Part shown: one piece after another, positions 28,079-39,925 of the stretch
Layout of the letters: the number at the start of each line of letters is the position of its first letter
Position numbering within the stretch: position 1 is the first letter of the stretch
Assembly (NCBI GenBank): GCA_040954595.2
Contig: CM082595.2
Coordinates: 3,457,943 to 3,521,942 of the forward strand
DNA from: Balanoglossus misakiensis
Lineage: Eukaryota > Animalia > Hemichordata
DNA: 64,000 nt
Direction: 5' to 3'
Translations under genes and position numbers: made by a program
The notes under the pieces: model-generated
What the model was told of the DNA's origin: nothing
The model's input: only the letters and a program-made list of their open reading frames with translations
The model's database searches: none

Positions 28079-30619
28079 GGATATTCAGCGCGAGCGCGGG
28101 TTTGCTGCGATACGTTTAATTCTTAAAAACTGCCTAGGTAGTTTATTCGTGGCAAAGGGGAGTGGAACTTAAGTGCTTAATTATCTTTATTGGAAATCGC
28201 AAATTTTCCTACCTGTTCTTTTCATTCTTAGCTTGTTGTTGGTCTGGACAGGATCATGGATGTGGTGCATTCCGGCAATCGCCCATTCCGCATTCGATGG
28301 TCCGCTCCGTTGTTTCTCACAAAATAAATGTTCCTTGATTTTCCTGCAAAATAACACCAGTCATAATGTATCAATGCTGCAAGTTTATCATTCACCATGA
28401 CAACACCTTATTTGTGAGCTCAACTTATCTCACATCACCTCCAGAAATTAAACCTGGCCATTGATGTTAGCGTTTGAAATTATTGCATTGTACAAATAAA
28501 GAAACGTGGCCAATCAAAGTATCTTCGAATGCAATCAATCAACGTTTGCTTTCTCCTACTCCAGCAGGACAACACAGTAGAAGAACACAGAGAAGAACAG
28601 TCCAACTGCGAACCACAAGAATGAGATTCCATATTTTTCAGCAGGAAATAGTAACTCCATCGATTTAGTATTTTGGTATTGGTATTTCGGAATCACCAGC
28701 GTTTGTACATAATGGTTATGGTGGGACTTTGGTGACGGCTAAGGCTATGGCGAAGCTGTGGTGGAACATCTAAACCGTTGACGTCGGTGTACAACCAGGT
28801 CGTTCTTAACACAGAATTTGCCAAGCTGATTGACTTAATAGACACTTGTTGTCTAGATGGATGGGAAGTGATATGTCATGTGGTGTATCTGCTGTGATCT
28901 GACAATACCAAACACAGACAGTGTATTTCGTCCAATTTCTCAGTGTCCGTCTTAACGTTGTACATCACTTCTCAAGTTGCTAATTTTCACCAACCAGGGT
29001 TGAATTTTAAACAGGTGAACAATAGAATTCGACACAGACTCCCTAATCGCACAAGTTTTGATAAATTAAATTGGTATTTCTCGCTTAAGTATGGAGATAT
29101 ATATTTGATTTTAATCCGCCCAAATCCCCCACCATTCGTCATCATCCAGGCTCAGCGTGACGCGTTAAAACCGCGCCGCGCTATATTTCATGAACAATGC
29201 GGCACAAATTGTGGCGTGCATTAGGATTTACCTCTAGACGTTTGCATATTCCGCTGTTATTTTAATGTCATCGACAAGCTGACCGTAGAATGAACAGCAA
29301 GGTCCACAACTACAGAACGATTCCTGACAGAACTGAACCTCCCGGAATGACATGAAACGAGACTAAAAAGCACGGCACTGCCAGGACATGTGACTGTGAT
29401 GCGAGCGATAAAAGCATCTTACACGCCCCGTATTGTGGAGAGATAATCTGTAATGACAAGCACCAGGTACGCTAATGGAGTTGGGATAGTACAGTCATCT
29501 AGACAAGCACTCTAACTCTCGATCATATACAAAAATGCAGTCAGCTTCAAAAAGCTGACACGTCAATCATAGAGCCCCGACTACTTATTTTAATTGTTGA
29601 CTTTTCCTTCACCTACCTTCGAAATCATTTTCAACCAATTTCATTAGCACATTGGGGGACGTGCGGCCTGAATTTTACAAACTCTCTAAAAACCATTTTT
29701 CATACTCCATCTAATAAGGCTTCAAAACTTTGATTCCAACACAAAGGGCACTATGACAAAAACAGTGCCTGATTTGTTTCGGTTCAGATTGCATTTTGAG
29801 TTATCACCTTCTCGAGGTTTTTGACAGATTATTTTACTCCAAAAATAAATTGCGTGCATTAATGAATAAATCCGTTCATAAAAATGCGTACGTGACAACA
29901 GCAAAGTCTTTGATGGTTTAAAATGTCGAAACCAAAGTCTCATTTGATCGAAAACAGTATTATCAATGTCTAACTTAGTATTATCCATTCCGGAGCCAAT
30001 ATTGGAACTGTATAAATTATAATTTTAGTCCCAACTGTCTCTGGGTTATCCTAATCTCCAAATAACAAGTGTGTCATTTGTATCATTTTCTTTGAACATT
30101 AAAACGATGAAAATATTGGTATTTCAGACATTTTCAAAATTCCAGTATCAGCAGGGTAAGATCTCATGTATCTACCCCTGGTGGACTGGTGTATTTTGGT
30201 GTTAAAATTTCACTATATAACGTGTTCTTTCATTGGTTAGTCGTTATACAAGGCTGCAGTTGAATTGTCTAACTGTGTCTCATATTCTCATGTTGTAATT
30301 TACATGTATCATCGTGTATAATTTCTCATATTTTAGGTAAGGATAACCTTTATTTAAACCAGCGGTTATCAACAGTTTGTTTCGGATTTTCGCCTTTTAA
30401 AACTGCGCTCTTATAAAGGTTTATTTGACAATTAACATAATGTCCACGTTATTAGTGAACTCTCGTGGTTTTCTGTTTCGCGATTTTCGAGTGCAGTCCT
30501 TCACAAGATGAAAACAAACGACAGTGAATTAATAAATTAAAGCCCATATCTGAGGATTGGAAATTGTAACACAATCGCTTCTCGTGGGCTCAAGCGAAAC
30601 CTTTCATGTATGTCAATGT

Positions 30620-30625
30620 AATAAA
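30620..30625 (+). terminator. Candidate polyadenylation signal of the small plus-strand gene
   Basis: AATAAA (another at 30531) after a U/GU-rich, 3'UTR-like stretch and followed by U/GU-rich sequence. Confidence 0.3.
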
Positions 30626-33053
30626 GCTGTATATTTTAATGAGTTTTGATGTTGTCCAGTAAGACATAATTGCTTTAATAAGACTTGCTATATCTTTCTT
30701 GGGGAAAATGTCACGTGATTAGTGGTAAATTGATTGTACTTTGTTTTTGAGTGTAGCAACACAATCAATACATTTTATATGTGGAAAGTTCTGATGACCC
30801 TTGAGCAAGATTTCTCATTTCTTGGAAACATATAATTCATGCTAATGATAATAAAACTGACAAGCGAACGATCGTGGATGAAATGTTACCGGTAATAGGT
30901 TAGCTGTTAAGCGCTAGCTCGAATGTTGTACGACACAGATGTATAACTTTATTCTTATATTAATGTCGATTAATCATACGACGTTGTAAATTCTGCTCTT
31001 ACTTGGAAATTTCAGTTTTTATTGCGTCGGTGCGAAAGAGTTAGAAAACGAAGCTATTATTTTTCCGCGGCAACTGCCAATCCCAGATGGTGATTGAAGT
31101 CTTTATTTAATAGAAATGTCGGACACTAACGTCTATTCGTGACCAGCGGTGTTTCAATCAGGAATTTATTTCATAGTAGACATCTTTAGGTTTAACATGC
31201 GATGGTTGTCGCGTCTGCTGAAACACCGAGTTAGTTTCTGGAATCGTTGCACTGGCGAATTAAGCAGTATTCGTCACCATTTTCTATTGCACATGTAATA
31301 GTGAGTAACACGACATGAATAAGCATTTTAAAGCTGTAGTGGATATACACTAAAAATGCTGAAAATAGTACCAAATATTTATTTATTTATGTAAGTCTGG
31401 ATAATATTCAAATTAAATTTTATATAGAGGTGGGTACATGTTCATGATAACATTTGCAATAGAAAATGGTGGCGAATAGTGCCTAATTTGTATGTAACCA
31501 TAACAACTGCTCGATGTATCATCATGGCGTCTCTTGGGTGCGTAGGAGAGATTACGCTGCCCTATGAAAATTATTACAAAATCAATCTTTTGGTCCCTTG
31601 AGTGACCTGTACCGGTTTCATAATACAACGTACTCGAGCAGACTGACGCCGATTTTTATCACGGATGTATTACACACTATTGGTGTTATCATGGACAGTA
31701 TTGTCTATGGTGTTATGGACTGCTGTACGGATGTAACACGTCACACCATTATTTTATTTTTTTCAAACATTTCCACAACTCAAAATGTGTGAAACAGCCC
31801 ATCATGTCATACATCCTCCGCTCGAATAACAAAGAAACCATCTTAGTGAAGTGATGATGTGTCGTGACAATCACGTTTTCAGGTTTCTCATTTGCATAAT
31901 CAAGTGTCACTTGTACCAGTAACCAGTTTCTTATGGCAATGGTGGCGCTATGTACTGAAAATTAACTGTATACCTAAAAGACTTATACTTAAACAGTCTT
32001 GTACTATTACCAACCATCCTGTGCTCATATTTTACGATTTTTTTCATTATAAATCATCACACCAGTTAACCTTGATAGCTATCATTTATGGATAAACTCA
32101 GTATTCTCTTTATATAAAATCAGGAAAAGAAATGTAAATCTTTCAAGAGAAGTGAGGGTTACTGCCCAGGGCCAGTTTAGATTGTCGTTTCAGAAAAGCC
32201 CTGTTTTCTGTCATGTATATATCTTACTATTGTCGGTATTTGAAAAGAAATATCTACAGTGATAATAAAGTTAATATATTCACACACACCCATGTGACAC
32301 GTGGCATTTTGGTATTTTTTCCCATCAATGACAATACAGAAACCACATGAGTTTGTTTTATGAAGAAGATAATCCACTCAAGTCAGCAAGTTTTTAGGGT
32401 TACAGAAACCTTAAGTTTCTGAGGAGACTGGAGTTTACCAGTGGCTGTTGGGGGCGCTGTTGAATGTTTACATTCCTTATTCTTATAGGAAGCAGGGACA
32501 CGAATGCGAAGGTTTCAATGACAAGAAAGTGGAAAAAGAAAGTATTGAATTACCTTGTGTCTTGTACATGAGAAATGTTCTTACTCCACAGTCGCGGCGT
32601 TCCCTCCTATGACCTAGAAAAAAGGGGGCGGGGTCATAAAACGCAATCCACTCTCGGCAGACGCCTTTCGAAGTTCCCAACATGTTTTCACTCACACAGA
32701 GGCAAAATTTAATCAACATATCAGCATCTATACTACCCATTCCATGTCAAAATTCATACCTGCTATCCTATTTGCCCATTAATATCGATCTTCTGTGTGC
32801 TTTTGGGGCGATTTCTGAAGGGGGCCACGCCTTCTACACGCTCAATGCACATTCAAGCTACCCGCCACAGCGCCGGCCAAGCGGTATTGTGATTGGCTAT
32901 CTATCTGGGCGTTGTCTCAGTAGGCAACCAATCACAGCACCGCTACTTTCCAGCGGACAGCTGCGGTTTCAAGACTTCGCCCTTCCACTTACACGTCTTG
33001 CCAAAATCACACGCACTGCAAAACTTGTCTGTTTTTAAAGAACTACACATTGC

Positions 33054-33059
33054 TTTATT
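33054..33059 (-). terminator. TMCO4 polyadenylation signal (alternative at 33426-33431)
   Basis: AATAAA on minus at the end of an AU-rich 3'UTR; composition changes just beyond it. Confidence 0.55.
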
Positions 33060-33668
33060 TTTGTATACATATTCACGCATGCATTACATGTACGCTTTGG
33101 GGAAAATATCTTAAAAAGCTCTTCTGCTAAAGCTCAAAATACTTTCATTTGGCACAACTGTACAAACATGCATCATAAAATCATGCATCATATCATGCAT
33201 TCTTAATTACATGGATACAAAGTTTAACATGTGGCAAAGGTTACAAACACAGCCTCTGTGAATGATTATCATCACTATATTTCAACATTCAAAGTAAAAT
33301 ACTACAATTCCTGCCTACACATACTTTATGAGTTGTTCAGTTATTCCCTGAATAACAGAGGAGTTTCAGCCAAATTTTAATACAACTTATTGCACATTAC
33401 TGTTGTATTCTCAAATAAACACTTGTTTATTTGTTAATGTCCTCTGAATATGGCAGTCTAACTTCCAAAAAGATAACTTTTCATGCAAAATTACCCACTA
33501 ATATAGAGTTGTATGTATATAGACACTCTGCGACTTCTGTTAAGCACATTTCTCTGTAGTCTGATATGATGTTTGTCATTTTGTAATATCAAGTTGAGGG
33601 ATTTTGAAAATATTGCAAGCAAGCAGCACAGTCATTCCATGACAAACATTAACTTGTTGCGTCCTCTC

Positions 33669-34052
33669 TCATTGTGGCACGACGCTGTACCAGTTATCCT
33701 GGAATGCAAATCCGCTTCCGAGTTCCTCCTCCGTCTTGTCCGGTTCATCTCCTTGCTTCCCGGATCCCGATCCAACAGACTTCTCCGGCACCGCCCCTTC
33801 TCCGTCATTCTCCGTCACACTCATCTCATCCAGAGCTTCAGTTGCAATCTCAGCCTCTGCACCATCTGACTCCTTCTCTGCCTCCACCCCCGTCTGCTCC
33901 ATCACCGGCTCTCGACTTCCATCATCTTCAGGTGTCTTTTTGGTCTTGCTTTCGTCTTTGCTCGGTTTATCCAACAAATGATCTCGGAGCGAGACTCCAA
34001 CGATTCTCAAGATAGTGTCCATCTTATCAGAGTAGTCTAAATGGCCACTTAC
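33669..34052 (-). CDS. TMCO4: TMCO4 last coding exon
   Basis: ttttcag|VSGHLDYSDKMDTILRIVGV...WYSVVPQ*. Confidence 0.9.
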   Translation of the reverse strand, partial: VSGHLDYSDKMDTILRIVGVSLRDHLLDKPSKDESKTKKTPEDDGSREPVMEQTGVEAEKESDGAEAEIATEALDEMSVTENDGEGAVPEKSVGSGSGKQGDEPDKTEEELGSGFAFQDNWYSVVPQ

Positions 34053-37000
34053 CTGAAAAAATATTAATGGTTAAACGGGAAAAGTACCATTGACACTGCT
34101 ATACAGTCAAACCTGTGTATAGTGGCCAGTCAAGGGACTGTCATAAACTGGCCTTTATAGACTGGTGGTCTTTAAAGACAGGTCAGTTAATGCACATGTA
34201 AGTTGCAAAGGGACTGTAACATAGTGGCCACTATATAGAGGTGGTCACTATTAAACACAGGTTTGACTGTACCTACAAAACTGAACCACTTTCCAATCCC
34301 CCCAAAACACACTATCTGTCCCAACTATACTGGCTGTTTTGCTATAAAAACCACATGAAACATAGGAATCCATCTTACCACGTCGCTCAAATCCACATTA
34401 ACCATCCGCCTGTCTTCCCACTTGATCGGCTGCAACCCAGCAATGGACATCTGTGCGGACGCGGTGCGATAGACGAACCGCAACAACCAGTCTCCACGGC
34501 AGTAGCCATTTATTATCCTGCCTGCCACTACTCTCTTGAACTTTGACCAGATGGAAGCACTGGCTGGGGCAGGTGTTCCCAGTAGAATTACTTCCTCAAT
34601 CAAACCCTCACAACCTGAACAAAGGTACAATATATATGTATATGTATGTATGTATAATATAACTTTTATTACAGTCAATTTCAAAAAGGCCTGTACATGT
34701 ATTCTACATGTCAAAATTTTCAAAATTGGACTGTTCGTCTCACCTTTCCTTTCCGCCATTTCTTCTAGACAACTGAATATCACCTTAGCACCGAGACTAA
34801 ATCCGATCAGAGTGACTGGACGATTACCCTGAAATGCAAAATAACACTTTTCTGTCAAGGAACGTGAATTGTATGGTGCTGACCGTTACACATCTGTCTG
34901 TTCCCAAACCTTAGGGTCTTGTTCATGAGAGAAATGATTTATAATGTGTATATTGAAGACGCCTACCTGTTGTCTTGACATGATAACATCTGCAAGCTGT
35001 CTCCCAACTTCCTTGGCTCTCTGCATAGCAACCCCCCACGGATTGTCAATCACACCGGCTACCGACAGAAGGGCCACTGGCCATGTTAACGCAGCCAGTA
35101 AACCTACAGAACAGGAAAACAATTTCTTAAAGTTGGTGATGTTGATTTTCAGTGGCCAGTTGTCTTGTGTTGTCTTGTTTGCTGTTGTATACAACAGGTT
35201 TTCTCTGTCCAATGGCGAATGTGATTGTGCCATGATACACTCGTTTGCCCTTACCTGACAAAACAGTGTACTTGAGCGCTTCTTGAGTTGCCATGGTCAC
35301 AGCACCATTTAACAGATGCTCCAGTGCTCGTCCTAAATCTAAGAGATATTTCGATTCCCAAATGAGATAGTACTGTTCTTTGGAAACGGCAAGATTTACC
35401 CATGGTCTGTGAAAATTATCTGTGAACAAACAAGGTAAGCATATTGGAAGCATAAAGTATGAATGTTTTACCAAAAATAGAATTTAAAACTCTCAGCTAT
35501 AATGGTCATTTATTTTTTCTCACAAAATAGACAGTCTGCAAAAAATATTTTTCAGGGATGTAAATGAAAGAATGGCAACAATTACCTGGCTGCTCATCAG
35601 TCACCCATCCGGTTATCGCTATAGCGACATGTAAATGATTTCCATGGGTCAAAGGTGAGAACTCAAACTGTTCGATGGCACCGACTCGCTTCTTCATCTT
35701 GAAGCCAGTCAGACCGGCCCCCGCAGCACCGAAGAGTGAAGTCATGATTGCGATGCCTGCTGTTGTTGACAGGGCTGCGGCGGCTGAGGTTCCGATGATG
35801 GCGCCGAGACCTGCTGCGATGAAAGGCGCAGCTAAGCCAGCTGTCAGACCTGAAAGAGAATAGGTGCATATCAAGACATATTGTATGGAACATTCCACTG
35901 TTGTTATGGAAACCTATGGAGACGGTTCAAACTACTGCGATACAGGGGTTTAAAATCTGCCTCACCTATTGCAGCACCACCACCAACAGTCGCCAGTCCG
36001 ATCAACGCATACCGCTTCCTTTTCTTCTTCTTTTCTTTCTTCTGTCTCTCCTGTTTCTGTTCTCTGTTGATATACAAGATCGATCAGTCAAATTTAACCC
36101 TTTCATCACCAAGGACTGGTCCAAATCCATTGTTTTCTATGGTAAAGTTGGACCTCTATACCGGAAAGTGGGGGGTGAAAGGGTGAAGGGCCATAGTTCT
36201 TTACATTGTGGACATATTCTCATATTACATAATTCACTCATTTCATCTGGGGGGGGGGGAGAGAAAGTTGGAGGGAAGAAAGATAGATAAACGGGGAGGG
36301 GAATTCTCGGATGAGAAGAACAACAGAATCCCTACTCTGTTTCCTCTGCCTGTTGGGTGATCATCTTGACCAGGATTTCCTCAAATTTTTCCAGGTGTTT
36401 CCATCGGATCCTCAAATGCCAAGCCACATGGAATATCAGAACTCTCATCCGGGCATCGTACCCTCCATTCTGTAGGGCCAGTGTCACTAGGTCCTGCATC
36501 AAAAATGGGTTCATTTATTTTAAAAATTTGTTTCATACACAAACCTGTTGAATGTGTGCATGCGATAATCCCACCTCTCAATAAATACGTCAAAAACAAA
36601 CAGACGACATAACACATTTATATATTAACTAAAAAGCTTGCAACAGCTGTAGGTTATCGAAAAATATTTGATATTTTTCTTTTACCTCTGGTAGAAGCAA
36701 GGTGTTATTTTTCAAGATGGGGTCTTTCAGCAGAGTGTCTACAAAGGCGTGTAGATTGTCTCCACCCATGCCATCAATCAAGGCATACATGGTTGAGGTA
36801 CACTGCTCCGGTAACTTCAAGTGATGAAGGATGAGTTTCATCGTCTCTTTTCTCCAGCGCCTGGAAGAGATTTTAGAATGTTGGAATTGAAAATAGTGAA
36901 TGTGTATAGTTGTATGAGGGCGTTGTGCAACAGTCCGACAGGGATAAGTGTGTGGCTGAATTTTCATGACCAGAAAACTGTCAGTCAATACAACTAGGCA

Positions 37001-37945
37001 TTGTCTGTTTTCTCTAAACTACAAAGACAAATCCTGTGTAAAGTAATTCTTCAACACAGCAAGACTGCATGTAAATCTTGTGTGTTATTTAATTCTATCG
37101 TACCTGTCAAACTCGTTCTCAAACAGATGCCCCAGGGAAACAGCGCAGACTGAACAGTAGGAAAACCTGGCTGCGTCCGACAGGGCCTCCACCAGCAACT
37201 TCCCTTCGCCGTGTTCGTCTTTCACCACGGCTGCGAGAGTCGGTTTCTTCGACTTCCCCTCTGTTACTATGGCGATATCCACCTCGATGTCGGTCTCACT
37301 CGCCGAGTCCTGGGTGATGCTGTCCTCAGACGCCATGCTGGTCACAGACTGGCTGTCGTGTAGGACAGAGCTTTGACCTTTCAACTCCAAACCTTCTTGT
37401 CTTTCATCGTCTTCGGTGGGAGTATCGTCAGCTTTCTCTTTTACTTTCTCTTTTAATTCAGCCTCAGTTTCTTGAAGAACAACCGTATCTGTTGTAGTTT
37501 CGCTGTTTTTGAATTCAAAGTCCTTTGATACATTCACTTCACATTCAGCCTCAGCGTCCACTGCTTTCTCTGATCTGTCCTTCACAGCCTCGTTGTCTAT
37601 TCCAACATCTGAGCCAGACTTAATTTCATCAACACTCTCGGTCTCCACATCTTCATCTTCCTTGCTTTCATCCACACTTCCTGTGTCCTCATCATCTTTG
37701 GTTATCGCTCCATCACATCCGGATTCCAGGCCGTCCATTCCATTGACACAGCCTGCCTTCTCAGGATCCACACCTCCACAGATTTCACGATCCTTCGTTT
37801 CATCGTTGTTTTCTGAGTTGTCAGGAATGTTCATAGCACCACGCTGCGGTTCAGACACCGAATCTTTGTCCATTCGACCCGTTTCCACATTATCCTTCAT
37901 TTCCACGGCAATGTTCCCATCCAGATCATCAACAGTGGAAGACAT
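33669..37945 (-). CDS. TMCO4: Transmembrane and coiled-coil domain-containing protein 4 (DUF726 alpha/beta-hydrolase-like, yeast Mil1 family), 10 coding exons, 847 aa
   Basis: Exons 37945-37104, 36860-36686, 36493-36336, 36063-35966, 35849-35586, 35419-35255, 35103-34967, 34828-34744, 34614-34379, 34052-33669. All introns GT-AG, phases consistent, 2544 nt total. Motifs GYDARMR, GLTAGLAAP, VIDNPW, RPVTLIGFSLGA, NGYCRGDWLL and SGHLDY match the family. Confidence 0.93.
34104..34269. mobile_element. Tc1/mariner (pogo-like) MITE in the last TMCO4 intron
   Basis: TA|CAGTCAAACCTGTGT...ACACAGGTTTGACTG|TA: perfect 15-bp TIRs, TA target duplication, 166 bp, non-coding. Confidence 0.88.
34379..34614 (-). 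CDS. TMCO4: TMCO4 coding exon 9
   Basis: GCEGLIEEVILLG...VNVDLSDV|gtaaga. Confidence 0.92.
34744..34828 (-). CDS. TMCO4: TMCO4 coding exon 8 (GxSxG motif)
   Basis: GNRPVTLIGFSLGAKVIF...|gtgaga. Confidence 0.92.
34967..35103 (-). CDS. TMCO4: TMCO4 coding exon 7
   Basis: GLLAALTWPVALLSVAGVIDNPW...SRQQ|gtaggc. Confidence 0.92.
35255..35419 (-). CDS. TMCO4: TMCO4 coding exon 6
   Basis: DNFHRPW...WESKYLLDLG...TVLS|gtaagg. Confidence 0.92.
35586..35849 (-). CDS. TMCO4: TMCO4 coding exon 5
   Basis: GLTAGLAAPF...AITGWVTDEQP|gtaatt. Confidence 0.92.
35966..36063 (-). CDS. TMCO4: TMCO4 coding exon 4
   Basis: EQKQERQKKEKKKKRKRYALIGLATVGGGAAIG|gtgagg; absent from the ORF track in this frame. Confidence 0.9.
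36094..36187. mobile_element. ~90-bp piggyBac-type MITE, copy 1
   Basis: TTAA|CCCTTTCA...TGAAAGGG|TGAA termini; internal sequence recurs inverted at 48419-48510. Confidence 0.7.
36336..36493 (-). CDS. TMCO4: TMCO4 coding exon 3
   Basis: DLVTLALQNGGYDARMRV...|gtaggg. Confidence 0.9.
36686..36860 (-). CDS. TMCO4: TMCO4 coding exon 2
   Basis: ttccag|...RWRKETMKLIL...LLPE|gtaaaa. Confidence 0.88.
37104..37945 (-). CDS. TMCO4: TMCO4 coding exon 1 (acidic N-terminal extension)
   Basis: ATG at 37945; ends FDR AG|gtacga (phase 2). Confidence 0.85.
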
Positions 37946-39217
37946 ATTTGATTTTCAGGGATGCAAACTTTTCTTTTCAGTTAGAAATAATGAATTTGAA
38001 TTTGCAGGCAGTTTGGTGAGCATTTGTTGACTCCAAAAGTCTTCAAGGTGCTTTGTTAAAAATAAAGATCAGCCAAGGTCAGAGATTACCTGCCAGCATA
38101 TGTTACCATGTCTCTGCAATACTTAAATCCTAATGGCAGTACAAATTATTTTGTTGCTAACAGCAACCTGCATGGGTCTAGTTGTAAATGTCTATATCAT
38201 GGAACAGACCTCAGATATTCTGATACACCCTCTTGAGAATCATTCAAGATGACAAGTGTCTGCTTCAAATGCAATTGGTAGTGTTTCTGATCATCAAGAC
38301 TTGAGTTGCTGGGGGTCTTTTCACATCATTTCTACCGAAGAACTAAAAATGACAAAAATATTAGTTAACAACAGAAAATTAAAAATATCAATACTAAACA
38401 AAAAGCAGACTGATACAAATATTATTTTCTGACTGGTTATTTTTGTGCCACCATGCCAGTCCCCTGCATATGTGTGTGTGTGCATTTGCTGGTGGAAGAA
38501 GCAATATGCAGCCATACATATGAACCTGAGCACTTACAGCCAATGATATAAATACATCAAAGACTGAATACAATCGTTTGAATGCAACAGACATCAGAAA
38601 CCTTAGTAGCACACTAGAATAAAGGTTATCTGTTGCTAATATTCCAACAAAATAAATGAAAAGCACCAGTAATATATTATGTGGACAAAGCAACATAATT
38701 AGACCGGGCCGTCTGTAATATTGGTGACAGATGGTGTAATGGAGTGTAAAGGCCGATCACATCATTTCATGCAGATACAATCATATTGTTGTAAGTTGTT
38801 TTTTTCACTTCAATCAAATGGTTTTAAAATGATGACATTTATATTTGATGGCATTAACAGATATTTTAACTGACAAATACAAACATGGTCTTAAATAAAC
38901 TTTTTTATGAGCATCTGTAATGAACGAGGTCACATATGATTTTTTTCTGACTGACTGACTGGGTGTACAAGTAACATGAGATTGGCACCATTTTATAGAC
39001 CACCAGGGAAGCTCTCATACCTTACTGTATACAGCAAGTCACCTAGAATCACTTGTAGCCTTCGAGGAGGTACAGTTAACATAACTGCAATAATTGTAAC
39101 AGCGGGTTTGCTTCCTATATACTAACTTGAAACAACATATGTAATCCAGTATGAAACTTTCCATGGGTCTGATGACCTTGCTGTATCATGCTATGCTTCG
39201 ATGACAGTGTGTGGCAT

Positions 39218-39311
39218 TGCCTAGTCTAGTATCCAGCCATGTGTTGCTCGCTTTGCTTCCAAAACTATTAGAGCAAAGTAGACAACACACAGCTAGATAC
39301 TAAACTAGGCA
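39218..39311. repeat. ~94-bp imperfect palindrome (hairpin MITE-like) in TMCO4 5' intron
   Basis: tgcctagtctagtatccagc...gctagatactaaactaggca arms (2 mismatches in 20), with inner arms tgtgttgctcgctttgct / agcaaagtagacaacaca. Confidence 0.8.
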
Positions 39312-39754
39312 TAGCTATGCTCACACTTGAGAATTACACGTTATGGTTCCAACGAAATTTAAGTCAAACACACCATAAGCATCCCATGTCGACGTCGACA
39401 GCAGCCAGATGTCACACACGACGATGAATCGCCATTATAGCAGGCAATCAAAGATGCGGAAGTTGTCAATTACATGTACAGTGTAAATGGGAAACTAACG
39501 TACCTGTATGCGAATTCTATCAAATATAAACACACAGGTACAAAACCCATTCAAGCACGTGGTACACTTCCTGAAATACCCGTGACCTTCCGATCATATG
39601 GCTATGATCCAACTTCATCTGTTACATGTCGAGTCCACATGCAACAGGCTTCAATAACAGACCGTACCACGTCAGCAAGTACTTACACAATTCTCTGAAC
39701 GATTATCGAACTTCTAGTGACAGACCCTGAAACATAACGTTCATTAACACTCAC

Positions 39755-39925
39755 CTTGTTGTAAACCTGATCCCCGATTCCCTTGTAATGATGGAAGTCA
39801 AGGTGTTGAGAAAAAATAATGTTCGCGATCGTCGATGAGAGTAACACTCCCACTGCGGAGCGCCATTTTTAAAGGCCACTACGTCATATCCGTAAATATA
39901 TTTTGGGCCAATCAGACGTCAGGAT
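39755..39925 (-). promoter_or_regulatory. TMCO4 promoter and non-coding first exon
   Basis: CpG-rich patch; donor AAG|GTGAGT at 39755/39754; YY1-type AAAATGGCG (39861-39869); CCAAT box at 39908; TGACGTC at 39915-39921 and a second TGACGT near 39881. Confidence 0.6.

Noticed and set aside
30321-30342. Plus-strand TTTTAG|GTAAGG recursive-splice-like motif
   Set aside because: No downstream plus-strand exon identified; lies in 3'UTR-like sequence.
32394-32421. Telomerase RNA candidate: minus-strand TAACCCTAA directly after a CAGAAAC/GTTTCTG hairpin, below a GC-box/CCAAT patch
   Set aside because: A 9-mer like this is expected roughly once by chance in the window. Downstream sequence is AT-rich, and no convincing P6.1 or H/ACA domain was found. 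A telomerase RNA covariance-model search would settle it.
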